A DNA stretch of 64,000 bases from Octopus sinensis (GCF_006345805.1 NC_043001.1:68572001-68636000), one strand, 5' to 3'. Positions 41,533 to 55,829 are shown, counted from the stretch's first letter. Notes: generated by a model from the letters alone, not told the origin. Program-made: numbers and translations.

Positions 41533-42370
41533 TATATAATATCTTCTTCTTCTTGACCCCCTTCGGTCATGAATGACCATGGGATTGCACCTGGAAAGTC
41601 ACCCTCCGAGGCATAAATCTGGGCAATAATTTTTTATGGAAGACCAGCAGTCGCCCATGCATACCAGCCTCCCCTCTTCACGCCACCAATGTTATCCAAG
41701 GGAAAGGCAAAGGCTGATACAGCTTGGCACCAGTGACATCGCAGCTCATTTGTTAACGTGCAAGTGGCTGAGCACTCCACAGACATGTGTTCCCTTAACG
41801 TAGTTCTTGGGGAGATTCAGCATGACACAGAGTGTGACAAGGCTGGCCCTTTGAAATACAGGTACCATAGAAACAGGAAGAAAGAGTGAGAGAAAGTTGT
41901 GGTGAAAGAGTACAGCAGGGTTCACCACCCCACTTCCGGAGACTCGTGGAGCTTTAGGTGTTTCCGTTCAATAAACACTCGCAATGCCCCGTCTGGGAAT
42001 CGAAACCGCGATCCTACGACCGTGAGTCCGCTACCCTAATCACTGGGACATTCCGCCTGCCTCTCTCTCTCTACACACACACACACACATACACACACAC
42101 ACACAACACACACACACACACAAACACACATATACACACACGTATATATGTATGGGAAAAGTAAAAAGGAGATATACATACAAACAAATTTGTGATGCAA
42201 TTAAGAAGTATAAAAATCATTATTATCAGTCATTACAGAATCATACCTGTTTCGTCAGAGCTGGTCACTGACTTTGGATCAACACAAATTTCCGTTATAT
42301 ATATATATATATATACACATACATACATACATACATACATACATACATACATACATACATACATACATAC

Positions 42371-42420
<50 letters not shown>
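40550..42420. repeat. Near-identical tandem duplication, period about 881-884 bp
   Basis: Identical ORFs at 40865 and 41746; breakpoints in (TACA)n(TA)n. Confidence 0.9.
40662..41177 (-). mobile_element. tRNA-derived SINE, apparently chimeric; duplicate at about 41543-42058
   Basis: Head aggcggaatgtcccagtgattagg..gtttcgattccc; 3' half matches the tail of the 43562 SINE; (AAG)n tail. Confidence 0.75.
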
Positions 42421-42424
<4 letters not shown>

Positions 42425-42957
42425 ATAGGATAAAACTTTTTTCGGGAAAAAATTTTTATCAATGGCCCAGTATATCAAAAAATGCCTTTAAAGCTCAAAT
42501 TTATACATAATTTACAAGATAAGGGCAGAAGAAAAATTCTAATGCCAAATATGCCGAAGCAAAAATTTTTTGTCGATAACCATTAAAATTTATGCGTCTC
42601 GAAATAAACCGATAGAAATCTCAAAAAAATTCGTTATTACAGTATTGGTCCAATTTTGGGGTTAATTCATAAGAAATTTTCCCCTCTTCAGCGGCAAATA
42701 CGCAAGATATAAATGAAATACTTACTCATACCCAAGAAAAAGCAAGCACCACATCCCGAGCAGACTTAAGTACCCAAAATATATACAAAATAGAAAAAAT
42801 CTTCGGCGCACCTCGAGACACGTGTGATTCGAAGAAATCTCTAAAAAATTCGTTATTACCGTATTGGTCCAATTTCGGTGTTAATTCATAAGAATTTAGA
42901 GATTTCTATCGGTTTATTTCGAGACGCATAAATTTTAATGGTTATCGACAAAAAATG

Positions 42958-42960
<3 letters not shown>
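42425..42960 (-). mobile_element. PLE pseudo-LTR remnant, tandem plus inverted segments, with a mutated hammerhead at 42637-42697
   Basis: Direct repeat about 42616-42675 / 42834-42895; inverted about 42566-42622 / 42899-42956; related pieces at 4497-4600 and 23270-23450. Confidence 0.65.
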
Positions 42961-43004
<44 letters not shown>

Positions 43005-43561
43005 ATATATAAATCATTTTACATTATATTTCAACATTTATAGACATTTTGATGGGGCTTTTCAGTAGTCGCGAGTGCTCGGAGAACGTAACCTATGCGA
43101 ATCCCGGGCTAGACACAATTTATAAACTGACTAAGGGTTCAAGTCATCACCAGCATTGCTAGAAATAAGTCAAAATATTCTGTTAGCCATATTCTGTTCA
43201 ATAGGGCACATTCTATTCACTGACTAGGGAGATAACCTCCCCACAGCAAGCGAGGGAGCCAGACCGTCCTGCTGATTTCGGGTAGATTTAACTTCCATCA
43301 GTAACGTCACTCCATTATCCATAGAAATCAGTGGCTCATTCAGTAAAATGGTGGAGTGGCAATTATAAAATTATTAAGTGGCTAGACTTGATTTAAAACT
43401 AATAGGCATAAACACAATCCTTACTGGAAGCGACTAAGAGTGCGATTCAGCACCAACACTGCTAGAAATATAAGTCAAAATAAAATTTAGGGGAGGCTGC
43501 TCTGTTGAAGAGAAAATGCTCTGTTCGTTGCTAAGAATTATTTTGACTCTTATCTCTTGTA

Positions 43562-43866
43562 AAGGCGCATGGCTCAGTGGTTAGAGCATCGAGCTTACGA
43601 TCGTGAAGGAGTGAGTTCGATTCCCGGACCGGGCTGCATGTTGTGTTCTTGAGCAAGACACTTTATTTCACGTTGCTCCAGTTAACTCAGCTGTAGAAAT
43701 GAGTTGCGACATCACTGGTCCCAAGCTGTATCGGCTTTTGCCTTTTCCCTTGCATAACATCAGTGGCGACTGCTGGCCTTCCATAAACAACCTTGCCCGA
43801 ACTTGTGCTTCGGAGGGTAACTTTCTAGGTGCAGTCCCCTGGTCATTCATGACCGAAGGGGGTCTC
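43562..43866 (+). mobile_element. tRNA-derived SINE with probable target-site duplication
   Basis: A box TGGCTCAGTGG, B box GTTCGATTCC; ctcttatctct (43547) and ctcctatctct (43870). Confidence 0.85.
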
Positions 43867-44196
43867 CTCCTCCTATCTCTAGCAATGCTGGTGCTGAGTT
43901 GCACCCTTAATCGCATTCTTGACGATTGTATTTGCGCCTTTTGGTTTTGAAATTCCGTCTAGCCACTTAATAATTTTATAATTCTCACTTTATCATTTTA
44001 CTGAATCAGTCTCTATTTCCTATGGTATATTCTATAAACTTGTGGGTTCCAGGTCCTCGGATCCATAAGAGTAAACAAGAGAGACAGAGACAGGCAGAAA
44101 TAAGGAAAATGCCCCTTGTATTTGAATACTATGCAAATATTCTTTTAAAAAGCTTTTCTTGTAATTTTACCAAAAAGTAATTGTTTTCCATACTTA

Positions 44197-44232
44197 CAGT
44201 TGAAAAAGTCTCAATGACTGAAACCGGTACTG
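44197..44232 (+). ncRNA. Minimal type I hammerhead motif (U3-A8, GUA site)
   Basis: cag TTGAAAA agtc-tcaat-gact GAAA ccgg TA ctg; about 50 nt upstream of (TA)n. Confidence 0.65.
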
Positions 44233-45596
44233 AGATGTTTTTTATAAAATTATTTTAGCATTTTCTACCTCGACTTTTTTCCATATATATATATATATTC
44301 ACATGTATACACGTATACACACGCAGATAAACATATATAAAACATTTAATTCTCTATAGAGAAAATAATTTTGAAAGGCAAACCCTTATCGAAAGAAATT
44401 ACGTTCTTGGTTAATATTCGTAGCAACTTGTGTCAATATCGATAAACTGAACGCGAAACTTTAATCAACTCTCCACAGTTGGGGAACTTTAAAATATACA
44501 ACCATAAACATCTCCTACAACTAACTATGTTCGTGTTAGAAAAATATTTTCCCAAGAAGAAAGTTCCATAAAAATTCGAAGAAAATACTAAAATATTTTA
44601 TTCACTTCAAGTTTTGTAAACGAAATTAAATGATGAATTGTCCAACATTGCAACAGCTCACTCTTTTGATAAATTTTGGAAGAAGTTTACACCGAGACAG
44701 ATCTCTATTCCAATAAGATTTAAACCAGATTTGACTTGTTTTCTACTTTGTTACAGTTGTAGTTAATATTTCGTATTATTTATTTTCCCTTATTCGCTTC
44801 TTTGCAATGTCGATTTTTGCGTACAGAATGAGTATTTTGTATTAATCAATGCAATGATCTCTATACAAATTTATTTAGCAAGAAAATAAATTGTGAATGC
44901 AATGATTTCTGCGAGATTAGACATTAATGTGAGGTGTACTGGAGTATTCTTAATTTTACCAATATTCCTTTGACTGTGTGTGTAATGGGATACAAATCTA
45001 CAGAGAACGTTTCTGTTGAATTTAGAAGAGAAGAATGTGTATAACGGAAAGTAAAATCCTTTAGAAAATATTATTGAATTTTTTTCTCAGAAACAATTTT
45101 GAATTCAATTCATGGAATGTAATCCTGACAATTTTGTTAAGCACAAATACACGCGCACACATAAGCAAACACAAACACATGCACATATACAAGTCACACA
45201 TGCAACACTTCAATATCATAACCCTGATAGCAACAATAATTACGGTCACAATACCAACAACAGCAATTTGTACTCATATTTTTTGAATTAGAACATTCTA
45301 ACAAAAACATTACAACGTTAGTTATCATCTTCCTGATCGTATACCAATTTGGAAATTTTAGGAGTCAATGTTCAGTTTCTCTTTGGAATTGTAGACAAAT
45401 AGCGAAATATTTATCATTCCCTTTGGGTTAATATAAAGAAAAGTAATTTAGGAAAAGAACCTAAAACTATATATATTTTTATTTCTTCAACCTTGTATTT
45501 GGTGTTGTAATTGTTGCCGTCATAATAATAATGATAATAATTATGATGGTCATGATGATGATAATGATGATGATGATGATTATGACGGTGATGATG

Positions 45597-45627
<31 letters not shown>

Positions 45628-45939
45628 GTCGGGTGGACGGGAAAAGGCGGCTGGACGTGTTTACGTTGCTTTGACCTGTCAGCAGCTGAAGACACAGAAA
45701 CACTGATACAACCCAACAGGACAATCGAAAAATAACTATAAAAGACTGGAATATCTACAGTTTTCTGTGAGTATTTTGAATTTCCCTTAAATAAGTTAAG
45801 GAACTTATATATCTACAGCTTTCGAACACATAAAGCGAATAAATCAGTTTTAAAACCTTTAATAACTACACCTTCTCTGAATACCTATCATTTCTTTCCC
45901 GCTGAGTATTCGAAAATGTAAACATCCTCTTTATTCTAA

Positions 45940-48080
45940 GAACACTACGAAACTCAACACCTTGTTAAATGCCGACCAAGTAACCCCAGAGTGGGTAACA
46001 TTGAGTAGGACATTGCTGTGCCTGAAAAACATAAAAAAGGCAATACGGTAGACAATTACAGGCCCGATATCCTGTTTGCCACAATTGTGGAAGTTATTAA
46101 CTGGAATACTCGCAGAGTCATGTACGAACATCTGGAAAAAATGGAGTCCTGCCACATGAGCAGAAGGGTTGCAAGCGTAAATGCAGACAAAACTATACTT
46201 AGAGACTGCAAGAGGAGTAAAAGTAACTTAGCTATCTCATGAATCGACTATCGTAAGGCGAACGATATGATCTCATATTCTTGGATTATGGAGTGTATGA
46301 GCCTATTTTGAATTGCATCGAATGTTGAGCGATTGCTTGGAAAAAGTATGGCAAATTGGAAGGTGGAACTGACAGCATACAGAAGACGTTTAGGGGCAGT
46401 TGAAATTAGGAGAGGCATCTTCCAAGGGGACTGCCTGTCCCCACTGATCTTTGTACTGCGCTTGATATCACTAACACTGATTCTGAGAAAAGCAAAAGCT
46501 GGGTATGTATTCAAAATCCGTCAACAAAAAATCAACCATATGTTATTCATGGATGACCTCAAACTTTATGGTAAAGATGAAGCCCAAGTCAGGTCCCTCC
46601 TTGGTACGGTGTATACCTTCAGTGCTGATATCAGAATGGAGTTCGGACTGAGAAAGTGTGGTGTGTTAGTCTTGAAGAGAGGCAAATTCAAATGTATGGA
46701 CGGGTTAACGATACCGTCGGGGGAGGTTGTGAAGCAGATAGAAGAGAAGGGCTATAAGTACTTGGGATTTTGGAAATGGATAAATTGATGGAAAAAGAAA
46801 TGACAGAAAAGTTTAAGGTGGAGTACTTGCCCAAACTGAGACTGATTCTTAAGTCGAAATTAAACGGACGGAATAAGATCGAAGCTGTCAACACCTGGGC
46901 AGTTTTACTCCTTATATATGGAGCAGGAGTAATCGCATGGGCTGTAGACGAACTAAACAGCTTAGACAGAAAGACAAGGAAGTTGCTAACTAGATATGGA
47001 ACACTCCACCCAAAAGGTGACACAGACAGGCTGCATGTACCAAGCAAATGGGTGGGGGAGAAGACTTATTGGATGCGAACACAGCATTAGAGCAGAAGAA
47101 AGCAACATAGCATGTTATGTAAAAAAATGCCACAGAAGCGCTATTATTATAAGTACGAAGGCCAGGCTGGTGTAGGATGAAAGATTGCAAAGATAAAGCA
47201 CTATACAAGAAATTGAAAACAAATGAAAATGAAAATAGGTGGGTAAAGAAATGAATGGAAGGTCAATTTCATAGGGATGTTGAAGATTAGACAGACAGAG
47301 AAAAAAGATAGCTGTGGATGACTAAAAGTGATTCAAAACCGGAAACGGATGTTCTAATCTGTGTTGCTCAAGAGCAAGCACTAAGAACAAACTACATAAA
47401 ATACCGAATAGACAACGCAGCAGAAAGTGATAAGTGCAGAATCTGTGGACAAAACGGCGAAACCGTATGGCATATTACCAGTCAATGTACACCACTAGTC
47501 CAAAAGGAGTATAAGAGACCCCACGACAATATAGCCAGGCTTGTGCATTGGACACTTTGCAACAAGTATGGTTTTAACAGAGTAAAAAATTGGTACGGCC
47601 ACAAACCTGAATGCATAATCGAAAATGATAATGCAAAGATCCTATGGGATTTTATGATTCAGTGCGACTATGAGATAGAGAATAGGAAGCCAGACATAGT
47701 CTTACGTGACAAAGAAAACAAACTGTGCTGGCTCATATTTTAGTATGCCCTGTTGACAACAAGGTATGCGATAAGGAAGAAAGAAAAGTCGAGAAATATG
47801 ACAGGTTAGCTTGAGAAGTTTAGCAGTTGTAGTCGATGAAAAAGGTAGTACTAATACCAATACTTGTCGGAGCCCTGGGAACAGTGAGAAAAAATCTCGA
47901 GAAGTACGTGGAACAAATAGGGGCCGCAATAAGGGTGGAGCACATGTAGAAAACACGACTGCTTGGAACCGCTCGAATAGTCTGGAAAGTGCTCGAAATA
48001 TAAGAAATGTTACCATAGATCAATGGTAGTGAACAGCTGACACCATAGTACATCTCCAGCATTAGAATCTGTGCAAAGAA
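45940..48080 (+). mobile_element. R4/Dong-like RLE retrotransposon, family C, 5'-truncated
   Basis: GIFQGDCLSP, FMDDLKLY, CRICGQNGETVWHITSQC, RPHDNI, KPDIV; (TAA)n tail. Confidence 0.9.
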
Positions 48081-48129
<49 letters not shown>

Positions 48130-48135
48130 TCATCA

Positions 48136-51100
48136 TAAGTTGGTTTTAAAATTTGAGACTACATAGAGAGTGTTTTACGTAGGGTATGGGGAGTTCCCAT
48201 GAGCATTATCTCTTGAATATCTGTCATTTTGGAGATTTCCTGGTATATGAGCCACGTAGCAATCAGCCCCTTTTGCTATCATTCCTAGAGTACCTGTGAC
48301 AACAGGTATTGTTTTAGTTTTGAGGTTCCACATTATGCCAATTTCTATTTCAAGATCTTTATATTTGCTCAGATTTCTGTAGGTCTTGACAGATACATTT
48401 ATGTCGATTGGAAGAATCATATCAATGAGGAGTTATGATTTTTGTCTGAAATCTCTCAATATAATGTCTTGCCTTTTGGCATCTATCTTTCTGCCAGTTT
48501 GAATGGTGAAGTTCCAGAGGAATGAGATGTGATCATTTTCAAGACTGGAGGTGGTTTGTGTTCCAACCAGATTTTATCTGTGGCAGGTTCAGTTTTTTGC
48601 AAATTACCCGGTGAATATATTGTGCTGTTGAGATACTGTGCAGGCGCATGAAGACTGCACATGGAGACAACATGATCAATGGTTTCATTTTGTTGTTTGC
48701 ATACACGACATGTTGGGCTACTGTCGTTCTTTAATATGTTGACCTGGTAGTTCCTCATATGTTGGCATTGATCTCCGGCTGCTATGATAAACCCTTCTGT
48801 TTCTGATTTTAATCCAGATGACACTAACCATTGTTGGGTAAAGGATTTGTCAACATCGGCATTATTCGCTGCTTGAGTATTTGGCATTCAGAGGTTTTAC
48901 TTGCCATTTATCAATAAGAATATCTATGGCAGCAGTTTTAGCACGGCTTTTCATACGCTTAGCATTTTCTGTGCTTGTTTCCAGTATGTCTAATTCTGGG
49001 ATTTGTTGCATTTGTAATTCACTTGCATCTTCTCTTACCAGTTTTAATACTGAGTATGATGCTTTCTTGTTTTCATGTTTTAAGATAAGTTTTAACATCC
49101 ATTCATCATAGTTTTTCAGGTAAGTGTTGAGATCAACTGTGTCAATCTTCATTGTTATTGCCATTTGTAAAAGTCTACGGCCACCCTATTTTCTTGGCAG
49201 GTAAAGTCGTTCTATATCTATCTTAGGGTGGCGCATTCTATGCATTGTCAACAACTTTCGTATTTTTCTGTCGAGATTACATATTCCAATCGTTGATCAG
49301 TTAATCCTATTGAAACTGTAAGTCACGACTGGTATGGCTAAAGTATTGATTGTTTCGATCCTGTTTCTTGCATTCTGCTATATCTTGTGGTGTATTACCC
49401 TTACCCTGCGATAACATTCTCTTCCGATCCTTTCTCTCATCATTGAATGTTTGTTTCCATCACCTTTCCGCTGTTCTTAACTCTTTTATGACATGCTGCT
49501 TGTCGAGAGTAATGTTGGATGTTTCTGTCATTTTTCATTTTGCACATTTATCGAGGCCAAATTGCCTCCTGATGTCATCACTGAATTGTTTACCAATTGC
49601 TAGCAAGCCTTGTAGTTGTTGTCGTTTTTTGCAAAGAGCTTTAAATCATCTTGTAATGATGATTTATATTTTTATCAAACATTTTATAGCCATAATGTAC
49701 ATCATTGAGCAATTTCGAGAGAGGAATTAAGGCTAGACAAAAGAGGGATGGTGATAGAGAGTCACTTTAGAAAATGCCACATGAAATACTTACATCTCCA
49801 GCATTGAGATTCATTGTCACTGTTCAAAGTCAGTGTAGTTCTGCATGATCTCATACTTACAGACAAGCAGTTTCGCAGAGTCATTTTATACATTTCCAGA
49901 CCTATCTTAATCCAATTGTATGGAGATTTTATAGCCTATCCAGGCTATCGACAACTTTTTATGTCGTTTGTGACAATCTTCCAAGTTCATCGTATTGATG
50001 AATTGCTGATCTTTACAATTATAGGCCCCACGTCTATATCCTTTATGCTCATTATGGAATATGCCACCTTTCATTTAAAAACTATAGACTATAGATACAT
50101 TCAGTCAAGACAGATGTCATTATTTTATACATTGTTGTTAAGCAGGTTATCGGTCTATAACGTTTTTGTTCATTCGTTTCTTCATTTGTTGGAAGTAGGA
50201 ATGTTACACTATTCACAGGTCAAGAGGGAATCATATTAGGTGGTTGCAAAACATCGTTGTAAACTTTTGTTAACAGTCCATGACTCAACCAGAGTATAGG
50301 AATTTTATCCTTTCCTGGAGACTTCCATTTGCTTGACCTCCCGAGAGGAGATCTTACATCCTCTATCTTGATACCATCCCAATTTTGCTCTTCTAAGGAG
50401 TCTAAGTCAGTAGTTATTCTATCCGTCCAAGGAGCCTTTATATTATGTTTTTTCTTCTGGCCAAATTTTATTCCATAATTCCTGCATATCTTCTTTTGAT
50501 GGGACACACTCTACTGTAACTAATATTTTCCCTATCATCCTGTAAAAAAATTTTGGGTTATTTTTGAACATGTTGCCCTTGAAGAATCTAACACGCTTTT
50601 CATACCTTCCTATGCGGGCAGCTTTAGCACATACCTTTTGCTTGGTAGTTTAGTTTCTATGGTGGTATCGATGTCAAGTATGGTTTTTCTTTAACTTCCA
50701 GATTTTTGTTAGTTTGATACTCTTGTCAAACTTAGGTTTTTTTAAATTCTATGTCAGACCTAAGTAGCTGAATTTGTTCTTCAATATGCTCTGGCCAAGT
50801 AGGCTTTTTGTGGGAATGTTGTCGTTTTCTAATCTTTTCATCACATACAGTCGTTGAGATTTTCGCGAATGCATAGTACAGATGGTTGAGATCTGAAATG
50901 CCAACGTCATTAGCTGAAATGATATACTTAAGTGCAAGGCAGATTTTACCAATTACTTTCAGATTTTGGTTAGAGTTGCGAATTTTCGGGAAAGTGACAC
51001 GTTCATTCATACTGGTTACTTTGATTTTCAGCCATTCAATCATGATTTGATTTTTTTTAGATCATCTCATTCACTTGGGTCAATTTCTATGTGACTTACT

Positions 51101-51545
51101 TCATCTATTTGATTTTCATCTGCCTTGGTGTTTATGGTTCGTTCAGATAGTATTTCCCATTCCTTATCAGTTACATTAACTCTTCCTATCATTACTGCAT
51201 TTTCATCAGACCTGGTTTAGTCTATAATTATTTCCTCTGTAGTATCTTCTTTGGCAGCAACTTCGTTCCCTTTATCGCTTACTGATTGTTTAATTTGGTC
51301 AATCTCTAATTTAGGTAGTAATTTTTTTTTCATAATGTTTCTTCTGACGTTGGCAAGTTTGTTACTGCTTATGTAGTCTTATTTGAAGCTGCTTCTCTCT
51401 CCAGTTTAGGTAGCTTTGCTTAGTATTAGATTTATTTGACATGATAGATGGCCTTAAAAACTTCTTTATTATCTCCCCTAGACCATTTTTCTTTTGATTT
51501 ATTTCATGACGAGCGTGGATGTCCATCTGTTGGAATATTCCGGTT
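48136..51545 (-). mobile_element. R4/Dong-like RLE retrotransposon, family B, long decayed copy
   Basis: KWKSPGKDKI, SETEGFIIAA, CRVCKQQNETIDHVVSMC, KYKDLEIEI. Confidence 0.88.
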
Positions 51546-52344
51546 GTATTATTATTATTATTATTATTATTATAGATGTGTCTCTTCTTCGGTGGGAAAT
51601 AGGATTATAATAAAATGTTGCTGTTGCTGTTGTTTTTGATTATATGTTTGTGGTAGATGTGGAAGCAAGTAATGCTGGAGATGGTTTTTGTTATTAATTC
51701 TTTCTATTATAGGCAGAAGGCCTGACGTTTTAGGGAAGGGCACTAGTCAATTACATCAATCCCAGAAAGGCATTGCTTCCTTTAAAAAAATCTACAAACA
51801 AAAATACCCCAGTATTTATATGTCTCTACTACACAACCGTTTCTCCAAATCATAAGACTAGGTTCCTTTATCTCACCACATCCTGTATACAAATATCACA
51901 ATACTCATGATTCTAGCAAAAACGTTGCGTGATGGTCTCAAGAACAAAAACAAAATCTACCACAAGAAATGTTGTATCCAACATGACTCCTTTCTCTGCT
52001 ATTATGTATGGAAAACGTTCTCAGGGCTTTCATGACAATACAAAATGTTACTTGTAAATTACATGCCAATTATCCAAAATTCCTAATTTCTCCGAATGGA
52101 GTACTGCAAAGAATCTTTCTTTTTGCCTATGTCCTAACATGAAACAGCCTCTTATGAAAATGACAACACGCGCGAGCACACACATATACATATACATACA
52201 TATACAGTTACCTGCATACCTAATTCCAAAGCATTCTTAAATTAGCATATGCCATACTTATTGTCTCTTTGTTATCAGTAATATCAGAGAACAGTGAATA
52301 TAATTAGGCATCACACTCAACCACATAGACATGACAAAGAATAT

Positions 52345-52545
52345 CATATATCATAGAGCATCATACAAAATCATACGACATCATACGACATTATAACGCA
52401 TCATACAACATCATAGATCATATACCACCATTCAACATCGTAAAACATCATAAAACATCATCCAGCAACATACATCATTCATCATACATAAAATTTATTC
52501 AACCAACATCATACAGCTTCACACAAAGTCATACATCTTCATGCA
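52345..52545. repeat. Degenerate minisatellite, about 10-bp unit (catcatacaa)
   Basis: Direct reading. Confidence 0.7.
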
Positions 52546-52889
52546 CTTCACACTCAGCAACATAGACATACCACACATTCACGTGAAATGTACAAGGCCA
52601 GCAATTTTGGCGGAGAGGGCAAATCGATTATATCATTTAGTGTATTATTAACACAATAATGCCAAGTCTTCACGTAGGAGTAACCAAATTCGATGTTTTG
52701 GGGTTACAATTGAGGTTGAATAATACATCTATGGGTTTTAGTATATACGCATGTGAGGGACTGAATCTAAAATTTTCGACCTTGTGGGTGAGACAACCAG
52801 ACTTAGGGTGGCATATCTGGATTGTCAGTTGCAGTAGATTGACGTTCGTTAATAGGCCGTACCACCAATGGCAACAGGAAGATAGATTC

Positions 52890-53260
52890 TGCAGGTTAGT
52901 GGAGTATGTGTAATCTCTTTCAGGGACAAAGCCGATAATTGCGAATTCCAGATGAGTAAGTTTGGGGCGTCAATGAAACTCTATTTGATGCTGGGGAAAT
53001 CGTTCTGGATCATCGTGGAGTATCCAGAAGTAGCGCGACTGCGAGTGAAATTCTCCTTATTCTTGCACCAAAATGAGTACATGTGCCGAGAATATTTTTC
53101 TTAAAACAGTTGGCTGTAATGCCCATGTGGTGTCTTGTGACGGTTTCGAATGGTGTAACTACAGCGTTTGTGAGAAGAGATTTTCGCGATGGAAAGTTGT
53201 TAGGATTTCGGAAGTAACAGGATGGGTGTTGAGCGGAATTTGTGTAGGTGTATGTTGGCA
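52890..53260 (-). pseudogene. Decayed PLE GIY-YIG endonuclease fragment, different lineage from 30012
   Basis: LTNAVV..HMGITANCFKK..HMYSF..KEN and TYSSGIRNYRLC..RLHIL. Confidence 0.5.
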
Positions 53261-55829
53261 TCTAACTGTAGCGTGCGATGGTTGAAGTTATGTTTTCTTA
53301 GAAGGAGTAACTGACCATAACTTTGTGGCAGTTGAAGTGTTTATAGTACATATGTATTCAAGGAAATTATTTTAGTTTCGTTTACGAAGCCCCTAGATAT
53401 GTTAGTTGAAAAGCTAGGTTGCATAGTTGACTGAATCAGATTATCCTTTTGGCTACAACATTCACTAAAATTAATTCCGTAAATTCTTTTTATACGAAAA
53501 CCGTTTTTATACCTTACCATATGTAAATTCCTCTCTCTCTCTCTCTCTGTTGTGTTTTTAAAACTCACCTTGTAAAGGCATACACTAATATAATCAGTAA
53601 AACTAGTATACGTAATCGTTTGCTATGTGAGAGCACAGCTTCATAGTTTTAATTTCATGAATATAAATATATCGACAAATTTATTTAACACCTGTGTAAA
53701 GTCAAATATATTATTCGTCTAATCTTTTGCAAGTTTCATCTCAAGGACAGTGGCGTTGCTGGGGCACCGTTCACTGTATAAATCTTGAACGCACGTCAAC
53801 CACTTATTCTTTTTCTTAAAATAGGTGTGTGTATGTGTGTGTGCGTGCGTGCCTCCGTGTGTGTGTGTGTGTGTATGTAATATAACTTCAGCAGACTGGC
53901 AGACACATTTTCACATTTTATTGCCTAATTCAGGCCAGATACAGTTGTTCGATGGCTACTTTGATATATGTATACAGAGATTTATATTGTCTCAAATGTA
54001 CACTTTACATTAACAGACTGCAGGATGGGATGATGTTAGACCAAGAAGCAAAATTTAGTTACCTAATACTTGAATTTTAACGATTAATAGAAATTATCTA
54101 ATTAAATAATTACCTAATTGATTAGCAATTATTCTTTTATGTTAATTAATATTGTAGAATTGTTTTTGTTAAATAGATGCTTAAGATTAATAGACACCGA
54201 TTACATATCTTGTGCAAGCAGAATAAGTTTGAGTTATCGTTGTAGAATTCGTAGTATTGCTGGTGTAATAGTGGTAATATTTTTGGAAGGGCTGTAGTAG
54301 TAGTATTGACATTGCCAGTAGTGATCATGGTATTAGTAACGTAAGTATCAGTGTTGGGATTGTAGTAGTGGTAGTAGAAGTAGTTGTAGTTAAGTTGTAT
54401 TTATAGTTGGTGTTAGATAGTTTTCTATTTTTTATAGTTGTGCAAGTTACACTCTATGATGATAATAACGGCGATGACGACGACGACAATGATGACCATG
54501 ATGATGATGATGTCGGTGGTGTTGTTGGTGTTGGTGGTGGTGGTGGTGATGATGATGATATGATGATGATGATGATGATGATGATGAGATGCTGGTTGTT
54601 ATCATGACAGAGGCTACGATCATGATGATGATGAGGAGGAGGAAGAGGAGGCAATATGACGGTAGGTTGTTACAGTTAATGAAGAAATTACAATAAAAAA
54701 GCAAATGAGAGCATGATCAACAGTAAGATATCAATAATTAATTACCAAGATTTCTCACCAACTTGCAATAGAAGACGACAGGGCAAAAGAAGAGATTTAA
54801 TTAAATTAAAATAAAACCAATAATTGTGCAGGAGGTTGTGAAATATTATGAGCAGTTTTATAGCTGTTTCCAATCTCTTAGTAGGAAAGCTGCGTAATTA
54901 GGGTAATACCTCGCCCCCAAAATGAGAAACGATGGAATCGCTTGCATACGTTCTAGGGATAATTATAGTCCTTGGCAATATAGCCTTTGTCATTGTTCTC
55001 TGAATCTAGTAATTGCTTGCTTGACCAAATAATAAGGTTAACTAACCACTAATATTTTCCCTAATCACAGCATTTAATCATACTGTGGTCAATGCTGATG
55101 CTAAAAACATCGGAAATAATCAATTCCACTATATTATTACGTCACCATCTGGTCAGATTCCCTTTATAATTACATGTTCAATTATTTCTCCGTTGTCAGT
55201 CGATGTTTTGCGAATATTCTTTACAGTGAGTCAATTATTACATTGCCAATAAACAATGGTATCTCTCCTTCCTCTAGCGAATGTTAATGACAGCAACTTT
55301 TTGAGTTTTGTCCCTTGCTAGCTCTACCAAATAATAAGACCTGATATTCTCATGATTAAATTAAACTTCACTCTGATCATTTATGATGTCGAAAACAGGC
55401 ATAATCATGCTTTTACTGATAACTTCTCAGCCTGTTTTTGAATAAGACTGGTCATCTCATTCACACCACACTCCATAAATTAAAAGTTCGCATTGAACTA
55501 TGATACGCTGTATTTTACAAGGACTAAACTTTGATATCCTTTCAGGTGAAAAAAGTTCCAGGTAAAAAGCTTTATTTGCATGAACTGTCCAACATCTGAA
55601 GACAAGATATTATATTACTTATGCCTCTACAAAATAATTCTCTTTATATGTTTATAGGGTACTGGCAGTAAGGAAAATTCTATGATCATTTAAAAAAAGC
55701 ACAAGACTTGGAAGTTTACCGAAAAACATCAAATGTATGAGTACAATTTCTATTTGGTTTTTGTATAGAATTTATTCGGTTCAGAAACTTGGCGTGGTGC
55801 TTTCCATTTATATTTTCGACCTTTTCAAG

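Noticed and set aside
43562-43632. tRNA-like sequence
   Set aside because: Continues into a SINE body with tail and target duplication; a SINE head, not a tRNA gene
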